DNA of 64,000 bases from Octopus sinensis. Taxonomy: Eukaryota. The notes under the pieces are model-generated. The model was not told the origin of the DNA, did no database searches, and saw only the letters and a program-made list of their open reading frames with translations. Shown one piece after another: positions 24,957-38,920 of this stretch. Location of the stretch: contig NC_042997.1 in assembly GCF_006345805.1 (NCBI RefSeq), positions 132,680,001 to 132,744,000 of the forward strand. Reading direction: 5' to 3'. Both the position numbers and the translations under genes were made by a program. The number at the start of each line of letters is the position of its first letter. Positions within the stretch are counted from its first letter, which is position 1.

Positions 24957-25240
24957 GGCGCAGGAGTGACCGTGTGGTAAGTAGCTTGTTTACCAACCAC
25001 ATGGTTCTGGGTTCAGTCCCACTGCGTGGCACCTTGGGCAAGTGTCTTCTACTATAGCATCGGGCCGACCAAAGCCTTGTGAGTGGATTTAGTAGACGGA
25101 AACTGAAAGAAGCCCGTCGTAGAATAAGTACTGGGTTTACAGAAGAATAAGTCCCGAGGTCGAGTTGCTCGATTAAAGGCGGTGCTCCAGCATGGCCGCA
25201 GTCAAATGACTGAAACAAGTAAAAGAGTAAAAAAGAGTAT
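24957..25240 (+). mobile_element. SINE family A copy with internal deletion
   Basis: The junction AAGCCCGTCG|TAGAATAAGTAC removes the microsatellite module. Confidence 0.9.
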
Positions 25241-25519
25241 ATATTGGGGGAGATGTATATAAATGTCTGTCTTGTGTTTGTGTTCGGTTCTCACCACTAT
25301 CGACTGACAACCAGTATTGGTTTTGTTACATCCCTCCAATTTGAATGAGCACAAGACTTACGAAAATAAATGCTCAGGAAGATTTGTTCGTCTAAATCTT
25401 TCAAAATGGTGCCCCTGCATGGCCGGAGTCGAATGACCGAAACAAGAAAAGGATACACTGCATAGATTTCAGCCGATTATTCCGCGCACCACACTTTCTG
25501 ACCGATTCTGACTACGTAT

Positions 25520-25720
25520 TGGTTTCTAACATAGGTACAACGTTATCGGTTTTTCATCGATTAAATTGCCCTTGTATTATACTTTTACTTTATCGACCCT
25601 CAACAGATAAAAGCCGACGTCGATTCCTGCGGGATTACGAACTTACAACGTAAAAGGAAGCATCAAAGTACTGACAGGCATTTTGTTCGACGTACCACTG
25701 ATTCTACAATAATTAACATA
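25520..25720 (-). mobile_element. Degenerate Nin/Deu-like SINE
   Basis: TTTATCGACCCTCAACAGATAAAAGCCGACGTCG core remnant. Confidence 0.5.
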
Positions 25721-25752
25721 TATATATTATATATATATATATATATGTATGT

Positions 25753-25801
<49 letters not shown>

Positions 25802-26013
25802 TATATATATATATAATTATATATGTGTGTGTGTATATCTATATATATATATATATACCATAATGTGTATATATACCACTACTCCATATTTATGCACACA
25901 TACACACGCACACGCACGCACGCACACACACATATATATAGAGAGAGAGAACGAGAAAGAGTTATATATTTATATAAATGATATGCACACATATCTGTAT
26001 GTGTATATGTATA

Positions 26014-26064
<51 letters not shown>

Positions 26065-26074
26065 TAGGCATGTA

Positions 26075-26119
<45 letters not shown>

Positions 26120-26213
26120 ATATATATATATATTTAGTGAGGGAAGAAATGGAGCTGAACGAAGTTTTACAAAATTCCTTTTTATTTTTATTTTTATTTA
26201 TAAAATATATTAT

Positions 26214-26305
<92 letters not shown>

Positions 26306-26654
26306 CGTATATGCACACTACATGCACGCATGAATACAACCACACATCCACCCACACAACGATTCAGGTCTGAATGAGAAAAAGAAGCCGCCTTTGGCAC
26401 CATATGTGTGACATTTAATAGATGTAGCTAACTTATTGACGTCAATCCATTAGGTTATTGTTACTGTGCTTATATATTCAATTACGAACGACCACAAGTT
26501 GTTTACAATTTCTATGTAAATGTAGTTTTCCTAATCTTTAAAGTAGACGCAATGTTGTTGTTGCTATTGTTCTTGTTGCTGTTGATCTTGTAGTTTCTGT
26601 CATTGTTGCAGTTTTTCCGGTGTTGGTGTTTGCTGGTGTTTGATTTCAGACACC

Positions 26655-27100
26655 AGCAAAGAAAGAGAGAGGTATGCAGTGTTATATGTACGGAGGATAC
26701 TCGACGGGCTGGCACCAAACTTCGGAACTGGGAGCTATACCCGACCCCGAATTGAATGTTACTGCACTGCTACAAAGGTCCCAGCTGTCCCAGCTAGATT
26801 GAGGACCATATACTGCAATAGCTTGGGATTCAAAGGCCTGCAACTATTTAACGCCTTCCCAAAACATCTGAGGATCTTCATGGAGTGGGAGGTAGCTGTT
26901 TTCAAGAAACTTGACCTCTTGCTAGCCAAGATCCCAGATGAACCAATATCAAGGCAGGAGATTCAAAAGAGGGCAGCAGTGCGGAATTCCCAGCTTCACC
27001 AAAAGCCGATCACATGAAATTGGCCATTGAAAAGGTGATTACACAGGCGGTACCCCATCACAGCCATGGCCTTAGGGCTGAAATGTATAAAAGAATAAAA
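26655..27100 (+). mobile_element. CR1-clade LINE 3' end, family 2
   Basis: RERERY..CNSLGFKGLQLFN..DLLLAKIPDEP; tail GGCGGTACCCCA..GGGCTGAAAT..TAAAAGAATAAAA. Confidence 0.8.
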
Positions 27101-27293
27101 AGGTAAAACACGTACTTTACTAGAAAATATTAAGTAAGTCTTCAATATGCATGTATCTAGAGTATGTAAGTTCAAACAAGGTTAAAAAAATAATCAATGC
27201 TAAAAAGTGTTGTTACTCCGTATCCAGGTCCATGGTTGATCGGGAAAGTAAAGTCCGAATAGTTCGAAGTAAGGAGCCAGCTATTACAGTATG

Positions 27294-27327
<34 letters not shown>

Positions 27328-27329
27328 CC

Positions 27330-27374
<45 letters not shown>

Positions 27375-27444
27375 CAATTCAACTTACAGTGAAAGTTAAC
27401 AAACAAAGTTTGCTCTAGAAGTGTTGAGATGTATTGAAAGATGC

Positions 27445-27967
27445 AGATAAGGAAATAATTTTATTTTCAAATGCAGGATAATGCTAATAATGTAGCATGA
27501 ACAGGATAAACTATCCATATTTTGCAGAAAAATCTGTCAGCAGCCAGCCATGAGTCTTGAACTCACATCCCTGTGATTGCGCGTCAAGTTATTTACCATT
27601 AATCTGAACTTCCCCAGCGACAAATTATTCTCCCGATTTAGGATATATAAACCTAGCTTTATAAGATATTTGAGAAGAAAATTATTTCCTTATCTTTCAA
27701 TACATCTCAACGCTTCTTTGTTTGTTGACTTTCATCGTAAGTTGAATTTAACGTACGATAGCTAGATTTGTATAACCTAAATTTGCAGAAGAATTTGTCG
27801 TTGGGGCAGTTTATCTTAATAGTAAAGTACTTGATGCATAATCACAGGGATGTGAATTCGAGTCTTATGGCTGGCCGCCGACAGATTTTTCTGCAAAATA
27901 TGCATAGTTTATCCTGTTCATGCTATATTATTAGCATTATCCTGCGTTGGAGAATGAAATTATTTCC

Positions 27968-27973
<6 letters not shown>
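27445..27973. repeat. About 200-bp inverted repeat with a tRNA-like segment in each arm
   Basis: 27445-27650 is the reverse complement of 27768-27973, highly similar by eye. The arm contains TAGTAAAG..AATTCGAGTC, resembling A and B boxes. Confidence 0.85.
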
Positions 27974-28049
<76 letters not shown>

Positions 28050-28050
<1 letters not shown>

Positions 28051-29436
28051 CCAAATACATCCATACCTCTTCCAACCATCCACCCTGTATAATTAGCACC
28101 ACGGTCCAAGCCATCTCAGACAGACTTACAAAACTATCCTCTAATAGAGAAATTTTCAATAATCACGCACAACACTACAACCAGGCTCTCTATAGTGCTG
28201 GGTATAACCAGAGAATATCATATGTAGACCACCCGGGAACGTCCGTCGGCCATAAAACTCCCAATTATAATCGAACTCCGCACTCAACTCACACTAGCGA
28301 TAATTCTAATTTAAACTCCAAACAACGTATAGGAAATAGGCGAACTAATAGAAAAGCACACAATAGTAACCCTCCCGACGAGAGCAATATAGATCCTATT
28401 AGGAGAAATAGAAGTGATAATAGTCGATTACGCAAATATATATGGTTCAACATACCATACAACTTAGCAGTTAGGGGTAAGTTATGTAAGAGAATATTCT
28501 CTATCATTTCCAACAACTTCCCACCCACCCATAAGTATAGAAGTATCTTCTCCAACAAAACCATTAGGATTTCCTACTCTACCCTGCCCAACATGAGCTG
28601 CCTCATAGCTAAACATAACTATATTAATATTAGAACAGCTAGATCAAGAGCAAGCTATAGCGACCAACCGAACCCCCCTCATCCAGATAGTAGACAATAT
28701 AATCAGACTGGCAGCCATATTACCCAAACAGTTAGTAATAACACCCGCCAACACAACAGAGGAAATACTACACCCATCAACAACCAGGAGGATATCAACG
28801 CCCCCACTCGTATTGCAACACCTCCGCCTGGGATTAGCAGCACACGACCGAATAATGCAATGCAATGCAACTGCATATGTGCATCAGAGTGCCCGCTACA
28901 GGGCGCATGTAGGGCGAAAAACGTAATATATTCATGTGAGGTGAGTACCCAGTTTAACACACTCACCTACATAAGTTGCTCAACCTCCTGGAAATCCAGA
29001 TACTACAACCACCGGTCCTCGCTGAAGCACAGACATAAGGCTAACAGCACCTCCCTTTCTAAAAAAAATTGGGAATTAAAAGACAAGTGCATAGGCTTCA
29101 AACACAGGTGGTCCATCATCGGATCAGCTGCACCTTATTTAAATAATAGAGCAGGGTGCCAACTATGTTGTGTAGAACTCCTGAACATCTTGAAATTCAA
29201 AGACAAACACAATCTTATTAACAAAAGGTCAGAGTTCAAACCATCCTGTATACACAAACTTATTAATACTTTCAAATACTACAAAGCTTAGGTTATTATA
29301 CCAACTCCCCCATGCAATTTCCTCCCACTCGGTGCAACCTGTCGGCTCCAGCACATCCCGCTTTCCTATATGTGCGTGTATATGCGTATATGTGTGCGTA
29401 TATATATATGTATGTGCACATGTGTGTATGTATATG

Positions 29437-29468
<32 letters not shown>

Positions 29469-31390
29469 GGTGTGTGTATGTGCATATATGTTTCCCTGCA
29501 TTTTCCTCCTATATATGCACATTTTGTCTCCCATATATGTCTTTTTTTCCCTACATATTTCTTCTCCTACACCCATATCCTTCCTATATAGTCTCTTTAT
29601 TTCCCTATACCTACACCCTTTCACATTTCTAACTCGGATGTTGAACGCACACCGCCAAACTCCACTTCCCACCCTTCCAATTTTCAGTTCCCCCCGCCCG
29701 CCCCTATGTGGGCACCTCTAACACACACCTCTAACTTTCAACCACCTTCATCTCACGTTAAACTTTACCAGATTATACTTTTATTTTATTTTATTTTAAT
29801 TTTTACTTTTATTTTGCTTTATCCTATTCTACTTCGCTTTACCTTTATTCTCATTTTTATTTTCATCCCTTATCTTAATTCTTATAATTTTTTATAATTT
29901 TTATATTTCATTTCTAACTTTTACATTGTATTTCTTATTTTATATTGTATTTCTTACTTTTATTTCTAATTTTTACTCTTACCCTCATTCTTACCCCTAA
30001 CTTATCGCTTTATATCTCTATATATGTCTATTCTTTTTGCTTATCCCTTATTTACTTACCTATGGATCCACTTTATGATTATACGAGCGTCCGTGTACGT
30101 ATGTATACGTATACATATGTGTACATATGTACGAGTAAACATCTACGTCTGGATGTGCATACCCCGTATTTCTTTACATTTTTTTACATGTTTTCTTATA
30201 CTCATATGTTTACACCTATTGTATACATCTTTTAATATCTATAGCTATACACATATGCGCGTATGTCTCTGTGTGTGTATGTAAGTGTATATGTGCACGC
30301 ACATATGGACACACAGCCGTGTGTGCGTGCACGTGTGGACGTGAGTGCGTGATTCTTTACATACGTTCTTATATACATCCTTTAATATCTTATATCTAAA
30401 CCTAGAAGCGTGGGCATATGTGTATGTGTATGTAAGGATGGACGCACGTATGTATATATGGGTGTGTACACGTATAATGTCCGTGTATACATGCGGATAT
30501 TCTGTTGTATGTATGTATATGTACGCGCGTGCGTGTGGGTGTATGTGTGTTTATGTACATGTTTACACGTGAGTGCGTGTGTATGCTTATAGGCCTGGAA
30601 CCGTGTATGCGCGTGTATATGTGCGCGTGTATATGGGTGTATGTATCCATGATGGTATGTATGTACAAGATGACCAATTAATTCAAAGAACTAGATTAAA
30701 CGCTCAACAGCTCTGATTTACAACACACTAGGTTCCCCAGACAACTTCTACAATTAAACTTTATCAATCTCCTGACCACCATGTTTGGTCCGTAACCTCT
30801 ATACATCCCTTATCTTTATATTTTTTTATATTTTTTTACATTTTTATCATGTTTATTCCTATTTTTATTTTTTTACTTTTTACTTTTATTTTTATTTCTA
30901 TTTCTATCTTTACTTTATAACCTTATGCCTTTACATTCATTTATATTTCTTTATATTCTTTATACCCCCTTTACATCCCATTATATCCCTTTATATCTTT
31001 ATACTCTACATTTTTATATTTTTCTATACTTACACTTTTTATACATACATTTTTTATCCCTCGTCCTGAATTCTCGCCCCTCCATCTTCACGTCTATATA
31101 TGTATTTATTTATTTACATTACTTCAACATCCAAATTTCCTCATTCTACATTGAGAGAAGAAAGAGATGGACGCTTCAATTCTATGCTGTTGCCGCATTA
31201 TGTCGTACGCGAATGAGAGGATTTGCATCCCCAACCAAGAATTTTTTTATGTAACACATGTCCTTGTGGAAGCTGTTGTGCCGGCTGAAGAAGGCCACAG
31301 ACATACATTATGCATTGTTATAAATCTGTCTAATAAAGGCCCGAAACATATGTACCGCTGAATCCTTGGCATCATGTTTTTATTTTGATC

Positions 31391-31400
<10 letters not shown>
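28050..31400 (+). mobile_element. Penelope-like element 3' half (RT thumb, GIY-YIG endonuclease, long 3' UTR/pLTR)
   Basis: SNHPP motif, KYIWFNIPY, and CNC..CPLQGAC..VIYSCEV..TYI..RYYNH..CQLC..INKRSE, stop at 29291. Hammerhead motif near 31285. The ORF upstream of 28050 is inverted-repeat/microsatellite read-through. Confidence 0.85.
31280..31360 (+). ncRNA. Type I hammerhead motif with extended stem II
   Basis: CCGG-CTGAAGA-A-GGCC..ACAGA..TCTGT..GGCC-C-GAAAC ATAT GTA-CCG; palindrome ACATATGT. Confidence 0.6.
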
Positions 31401-31469
<69 letters not shown>

Positions 31470-31489
31470 TATATATATATTTTATAGCA

Positions 31490-32032
31490 GAAGAGGATAT
31501 AATATAGGCCATTGATACGATGAAATCAAACTCACCAACGGGCCTAGATAGATTCCGGCTGTTCTCTTAAAGACATCTGAAAAGGCCCTTGCAGAACCAC
31601 TGCAGATACTCTTTCAGAGTTTCCTTGCATTTGGTAAACTTCCTAACATGCTAAAAGAGGGTACAATATGTCCGGTTCATAAAGGAGGGAGCGAAGCAGA
31701 TGGTAAAAACTACAGGCCCATTTCTCTGACCTCACATGTTAGCAAGACAATGAACCGCATTTTCATAAAAAAGCTGATCACCTTCTTAGAAGAAAATGCC
31801 CTTATCACGAACACGTAACATGACTTCCGCCCAGGGATGTGTTGATGCAGAAGTTTTCAAAGAACGTCTGGACAGGTTTCTATCAGAGAAGCTACATAGC
31901 GACAGGAGACACAAAGAAGAGCAGTTCCGTCTAACTCGCTACTTCACCAAAAACAATACCGGAAACATCAAGTAACTACAGGTGGTGCACCAGCTTGACC
32001 TCAGCCTTGAGTTGAAACCAGTAAAAGATAAA

Positions 32033-32037
<5 letters not shown>
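31490..32037 (+). mobile_element. CR1-clade LINE (family 2) with large internal deletion
   Basis: GKNYRPISLTSHVSK..FLEEN..HDFRPG is joined directly to the 3' end VFKERLDRFL; tail GTAAAAGATAAAAGATA. Confidence 0.85.
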
Positions 32038-32072
<35 letters not shown>

Positions 32073-33031
32073 TCACACACACTACGGACTTCCATACATT
32101 TTTAGTCCATGAAATTCACACAAGGCAGTCGGGCCACGACTATATTAGAAGAGATTTGCCCAAGTTTCCACGCTGGAGGTCTGAACTCAAAACTACGTAA
32201 TTGTGAAGCGAACCTCTTTTCCACACGGCCATTGGTTGTCTACAATTATAATAAAATGTTGCAAGACAAATAGAAATCGAAATTATATGGACGCCGCCAT
32301 GACTGCGATGTATTAATTTTCATTACAAGTCCGGTCCAGTTGCGCACCATAGGAGATTTAGACAGATTTAGTGCCTGCTAGATTAGTGAGTAAAAAGTCG
32401 GTTCGTGTGACCTTCACAGTAAGTTATAGAAGAGAAACAATTCAGAATAATAAATGAATGAATAAATAAGTAGGGTGAATGACCGAAAGAAACAAGACAA
32501 ATTACTAAAAACGAAAGAAGGAAAATAAATAAAAATAAATCACATTTCTGATTCAGTCACTTATGGTGCGCATGCGTGCTGGTAAGTTATAGTAAAAGGA
32601 CGATGATGATATATTAAATAGCAATGTGAGAGCAAGAGACGAGAGAGAAACAGAAAAGAGAAAATGAAAAAGACGATAAGGAGAAAGTAAGAATATTATA
32701 TGAACGGAAGGGGTGAAAGAAAAAGTCGCACGAACTGGGAATTTAGGACGGGGCTAAGAGAAATAAGGGGAACGGGAGGAAAGAAGTAGGAGTCAGTGAA
32801 TAAGATCGTGAAATAGAGAAATAAAAACGAAAGATATTCAAATAGTGTGTAATGTATACCGAAATCTGCAAACTACTGCATTGTATTGCTTTAATACATT
32901 AACCGGGCATTGGAAGATTTGGAATATCTATTGTATGGACAGACATATGAGTAAGTAATAATGTTGATTAGCTCCTTTAGGTACATACAGTACTTTGAGA
33001 ACAATTTTATTAATATAAATCATACAATATA

Positions 33032-33447
33032 GGCGTAGGAGTGGCTGTGTGGTAAGTAGCTTGCTTACCTACCACATGTTTTCGGGTTCAGTCTCACTGC
33101 GTGGCCCCTTGTGCAGCTGTCTTCTACTATAGCCTCGGGCCGACCAAAGCCTTGTGGGTGGATTTGGTAGACAGAAACTGAAAGAAGCCTGTTTATATAT
33201 GTATATGTATATATGTATGTGTGTGTGTATATGTTTGTGTGTCTGTGTTTGTCCCCACAACATCGCTTGACAACCGATGGTGGTGCTTTTACGTCCCCGT
33301 AACCTAGCGGTTCGGCAAAAGAGACCGATAGAATAAGTACTAGCCTTACAAAGAATAAGTCTTGGAGTCGGTTTGCTCAACTAAAGGTGGTGCTCCAGCA
33401 TGGCCACAGTCAAATGACTGAAAAAAGATAAAAAAGAGAAAGAGAAA
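33032..33447 (+). mobile_element. SINE family A copy
   Basis: Head, core and tail present. Confidence 0.9.
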
Positions 33448-33489
33448 ACATATGTAATTCGAAACTAATTCCTTGCTTTGCAATCTTTT

Positions 33490-33830
33490 ACTGTTTACTT
33501 GATCCAGTTTACTTGTTTCAGTGCTGGTGCACCGCTTTGAAAAGTTGTCGTGGAGCAGATCGATACCAGAACTTATTTTTAAATCTCGGGTATGGAGTTA
33601 GAGTACGCACACAAACAAAAAGAAACACACACACGCGCGCGCGCGCGCGTGCGCGCGCTCACACATATACGACGAGTTTCAGCATTGTTTCCGTCAACCA
33701 AATTCACCCACAACGCAATGATTGGCCCAGGAGTATAGTAGAAGACACTTGCCCAAGGTACCACACAGAGGGACTGAACCCAAAAGCATGTGATTTCAAA
33801 GCGAGCTTCTTAACCACACAGCCATGCCTT
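33490..33830 (-). mobile_element. Older, diverged SINE family A copy
   Basis: GAAGACACTTGCCCAAGGTACCAC..GGACTGAACC..ACCACACAGCC. Confidence 0.7.
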
Positions 33831-34634
33831 TAACTTCTGTACACAAAGACGAGACGCTGTACCCATGGAAGATGGAAGTTCAATGGAACGCGTGTTTATT
33901 TGTGAGTACTGATTAACGAACGATCCATCAAACCGTACATGGAAGATAAAAGTGAACATCAGATTAGAACTAAAATTGCTAATAAACCTAATTGTAAATA
34001 CTAGTTGCCAATTTGAAAACCCTTGTTAACATTGCTGAAAGCAAGAAAAGGGTTGTTTCTCGCGTTTGAGAAGAGAAGCCGGTCTAATATGATTGTCGCA
34101 AGAGATGAATTTGCGAATTCGTATTTGGCAGCTACTGTTGCCTCTGAAAAAAAAATGAATAAATATTGTTATGATCTTAACACTACCAGCACTTGTGAAT
34201 CCATGAAGAGCTGCCAGCTTGAGTCTGGGACTCTACGGACAAGCTAGTAAAAATTATAAAAAAAGAACAGAAAAGCAACCCATTGATATTTACTCTGTGC
34301 CAAACACATAGGAATTGGCTTTGACAAAATTTCGTTCTCACGTGCATAAGACACAGTTTGAAAACTTCCATCGCCATTTAGTTAAGCATTTTACAAAGCC
34401 AGGAATATATTTGTGGATTCGATAAAGTACAGTTCCCTAAATTATTAAAGTTTCCATTCAAGGTATTAACGATTGCTACTCTAAAATCTGCGGTGTATTC
34501 GCCAATGCAGAATCCGTTAGGGAAATACTTCACGAATATCAACGACGCTACAAAAGCGGAAACTGCTACACCAGATATTCAAGCAGAAATAGCAGACAAC
34601 GCTGTAAGTGATATAGAAGTAACACATAGATATA

Positions 34635-35659
34635 CGAGGGACGTTCAATAAGTAATGCCCTGAACCCATTTGTAATTATTTGCTCTAGCTGAAATTTTGC
34701 ATGTGCAATTATTTATATCTCTATAGATTAAGTGGCAAATTACAGCTCTGAACTAATTGTGGTTTCTGATTTACAGGTGTTTGAACTGAGTCAGGTGTGA
34801 AATGGAGCCTGTTGAGTGTCGAGCAGTGATCCGGTTTTTGTATTTGAAAGGACGCACCTCACGGGAGACTTTTGATGAAATGAAAGTAACTTATGGTGAT
34901 GATGCCCCATCATATGACCTTGAAAACGCTGGCATCATCAATTCAAACATGGTCGGAACTCTGTGGAAACAGCTCCCAGATCTGGTCGCTCCCCTTCTGC
35001 CAGGATGTAACCTGGGTCCATCACTATGATTCAGAGACCAAAGCCCAGTCAATGCAGTGGAAGCACCTTGACTCACCTCCTCCAAAGAAGGCAAGGGTAC
35101 AGCCCTCCGCTGGCAAGGTCATGCTCACAGTCTTCTGGGACCAGGACGGAGTAGTGATGACAGATTTCCTGGTAAAGGGTACCACAATTACAGGAGCCTA
35201 TTATGCTTCACTTTTGAGGAAATTAAGAGAAGCTATCAAAATCAAAAGGCGGGGCAAGATCAGCAAAGGCATCCTCCTCCTGCAGGACAACGCTCCTGTT
35301 CACAACTCGCGTGTCGCCAGATCAGAAGCGCAGGTGTGCGGCTATGAACTCATCCCCCATCCAACCTACTCTCCTGACCTTGCACCCTCTGATTTTCACC
35401 TCTTCCCAGCCATGAAGTTGTTTCTGAAAGGAAAGCGTTTCCCAGATGATGCAACCTTGATTTCTGAAGTCACGTCGTGGTTGGAGGACCAAGCTGGGGT
35501 CTTCTACAAAAACGGTCTCCAGAGCTGCATCAAACAATGGGAGAAATGCGTAACTCTGGGTGGTTCCTACGTAGAAAAAAGACTAATAACTGTGCCAAGT
35601 TTCGTTGCTCTACTGCTATGGGAAGTGGGTCAGGGGCATTACTTATTGAACGCCCCTCG
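34635..35659 (+). mobile_element. mariner (DD34D, irritans-like) with frameshift and internal deletion
   Basis: TIRs CGAGGG(A/G)CGTTCAATAAGTAATGCCC with TA TSDs. MEPVECRAVIRFL.. N-terminus; QDVTWVHHYD; DNAPVH followed by 34 residues to YSPDLAPSD. Confidence 0.95.
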
Positions 35660-36903
35660 TAAGTCTTAAGTAGTGCCATTTGACGTACTTACTTCTGGAA
35701 AAAAATCCCCCCAAACTGGCAAGTTTTGGCACTTTATAAGCTTTTACCTTGTTGCTTGGTTGATTAAAGAATAATGATTAACTAGGCAAGTTCACATTGT
35801 TGACATTACGAAAAATGTTTTGATGCTTCGATGTTATATTTTCTATTAAATGCGAATTTTGTGTTAATCTCACTTTGGAATCTTTCTTTTCACTTCGAGG
35901 CAGCAAAGTTTTCTTTTGAGATCGAATCATTAATCTCATTTTGCAGTAGCAAGATCACAATTTGAATGGCATATATTCGCTTAGAGTACTGTTAAATATC
36001 TCCTTACAATAGAAAACTTAGAGCATTGATATCAATGAGCAACCTATTCACTAGAATTATGCATTTTACTATTTAGAAATTGAGTTCGTAGGAATGATAA
36101 TGTTCATATTGCACTATAAATGATAAGATTAAGCACTTTCAACAGTCAGACTACGATACTTTGAATATCCAGATTAAGTACTTTGAATCATCAGATTAGC
36201 TACATGTGTTGTGCAGTTATTAGTTGAACTCATAGCGTTCACTGACATTTAGTTGTTTGGTTGTGTCTGCATCTGCAGGCCACATGCTGATATATTTGCA
36301 ACTTGTTTTAATACCAGCAATAACTGTGCTAAATAGTGAGGACTTGTTTTGATTCTTGTTTTTCTTTAAATGCTAATAAGAAGGTGTAGGTGCGGACGTT
36401 CATGATTAAATGTAGCTCGTTTCCGCAGATGTTGTGTATTGGCATGTTGATCTCTGAGATTTTGATGCCTTTAGCTCATAGCGATTCACAGAAAGGTTTC
36501 ATTCAATATACACAAATTAGACAAGAATAGCTCTAGTTGAATGTTCAATGGTTTCTTTGAAAACTTTGGAAATAATGAAATGTGATGAGCTTAGGAATGT
36601 CTTTCAGATATATTTGTTTCGCATAAATGCGTTCATTACATTTATTAATTGTCTTCCAAGCCCGACGCTAATAGATTTGCTAAATTCAAATTAGGCTTTG
36701 CTAATTAGAAACACGAGCTGCAAACCTTCAGACGTCTGACTCTAAAATCCAAATTCCATTACTCTACTGGATACAGGTTTCCTGACAATATCTTGTTTGT
36801 GAATTTGTGATTAGATTCGGCAATAGGCTCCGGTCATTTGGCTTCTACTTCAGCTACTGCAGTCTAGCGAATTATCTCTCTATAATGTTATCTAGCTTCT
36901 GAT

Positions 36904-37050
36904 TTACTCTCTTTACTTGTTTTAGTCATTTGACTGTGACCATACTGGAGCACCGCCTTTAGTCGAGCAAATCGACCCCAGGACTTATTCTTTGTAAGCC
37001 TAGTACTTATTCTATCGGTCTCATGTGGTTGGTAAGCAAGCCACTCCTGC
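36904..37050 (-). mobile_element. SINE family A, most of the body deleted
   Basis: Tail joined to head remnant at CGGTCTC|ATGTGGTTGGTAAGC. Confidence 0.8.
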
Positions 37051-37461
37051 AATTATATAAAAATGTTAGGAAGAATATGTTTCTACATTTAGACTAGACA
37101 TTATCCGTTGTATTTCTTTCAGTCTCGCTCACTTCTCAGTGAAATGGTATTTTCTGGTCGCATTAATATCAGGAGACAGTCACTATTATATACCAGTGCA
37201 TGATTGATGCTAATTTTCCATAAAAACTCTAAATATGTATAGACAATGATGTATAGACAATGAGAGCATACTCGGCATGTATCCTTCTAAAACTGCAAAT
37301 CATTAACATTTTGTACCTATTTTTCCGTTTCCCTTCCTACAGGACTTAGGTGTAAATTTGTAATGTTTTATGTGAGAACCTCCTAACAAGCGGGCTGGAT
37401 GAAGAGATGTTACTATTGTATCAATAATCCCAGATCTGTTGCTAAGGAAACAAGAGTACGT

Positions 37462-37680
37462 ATTTACTCGTTTACTTGTTTCAGTCATTTGACTGCGGCC
37501 ATCCTGGAGCACCGCCTTTAGTCGAGCAAATCGACCCCAGGACTTACTCTTTGTAAGCCTAGTACTTATTCTATCGGTCTCTTTTCCCGAACCGCTAAGT
37601 TACGGGGACATAAACACACCAGCGATGTCAAACGATGTTGGGGGGACAAACACAGACTCATAAACATACACACACACACA

Positions 37681-37711
<31 letters not shown>

Positions 37712-37712
37712 C

Positions 37713-37775
<63 letters not shown>

Positions 37776-37893
37776 ATATACATATACACGACGGGCTTCT
37801 TTCACTTTCCGTCTACCAAATCCACTCACAAGGCTTTGGTCGGCCTGAGGCTATAGTAGAAGACATTTGCCCAAGGTACCACGCAGTGGGACG
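37462..37893 (-). mobile_element. SINE family A copy, 5'-truncated
   Basis: Tail and core present; ends at GCAGTGGGAC. Confidence 0.9.
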
Positions 37894-38920
37894 GATTTTA
37901 GATTATTTATTTAACAATTTTAATTCAGCTTCAAATAATTTTTGTCTTGTCCTTATTAAGAGACTTAAAGATGAAATATTTCATATTTGTAATACATTTC
38001 AACTAAAGCTTGAGCTAAAACAGAGAATATGTTCTCTTTTGTCGGTTTGAATATTCAAGCATTAATCTATTAGAGTCTGATGCATTAACTCTCTCCTTAA
38101 ACACACTGTCTCTACGTATAGTTGGTTAGAGTATGGTGCAGCTCCAGTGTAGATTCTGCTGCTAATTTTCTTTTTAGATTTATAATCACTTGGCTGACAT
38201 TTCTGTTCTATAACAACATTTCAATTGTATTGTTAGAAGTTCAGTGTTTACTGTAGTTAAGGTAATATTACTAAGATGCTAACTAAATATGGTTTAATGC
38301 GGACTGTTATTCTATGATAGGGATTCTTTAATAAATTAGACGCTTTCTTTACCATCTTTGCCACAGCTGAAATGGGCGCATAAGTATAATAAATAAAATC
38401 ATAAGTGAACAGAGAAGTTTACAAACAGCTACCCAACCAAAATTTCTGTACGTCATTACTTTCATGACTAGCGATCGCTTCATATAATTCGGCTTAGACA
38501 TGGGGGGGGGCGTCATCTTTTCCAGAAATAAATACACACTCTGATTGTTATTATTTCTTTGTATTTATTTATTCATTTATTTACTTCATATACGGTCTAA
38601 GGACTGCAGTATCAGCAGAGGAGAGGATGAAGTTCCTCACACTTTTGTTTTGGCGCCTGTTTATATTTTGAGTTCAATCTGTTCACTTCGCATTTGAACT
38701 TCGTGGGATTTATAGAAGTGAGTGAATTTGAAGTAGCAGTTGGATTTATTTAGTTGTACCCCCTCCTCCATTATGTGCATCTTTAGACCAGATATATGGG
38801 CACATACCACTTCTAATATTATTATTCAACACAAGGTAAGCATTGCTGATCACTTTCATTGTGTTAAATAAGGTCATATCTGATATTATGTTTTAGACAC
38901 TTCCGTATCTAATAAATGAA

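Noticed and set aside
27768-28050. N-terminal part of the 507-aa ORF
   Set aside because: Read-through of an inverted-repeat arm and (TATC)n; Penelope homology starts only near SNHPP.
34020-34630. Stop-poor plus-strand stretch (..YICGFDKVQFPKLLKF..) upstream of the mariner
   Set aside because: No motif I can assign; it may be a decayed TE ORF and needs a profile search.
38787-38835. 49-bp plus-strand exon candidate PDIWAHTTSNIIIQHK, faintly like Cys-loop receptor 'PDI' motifs
   Set aside because: Weak acceptor, too short, and no other exons of such a gene were found.
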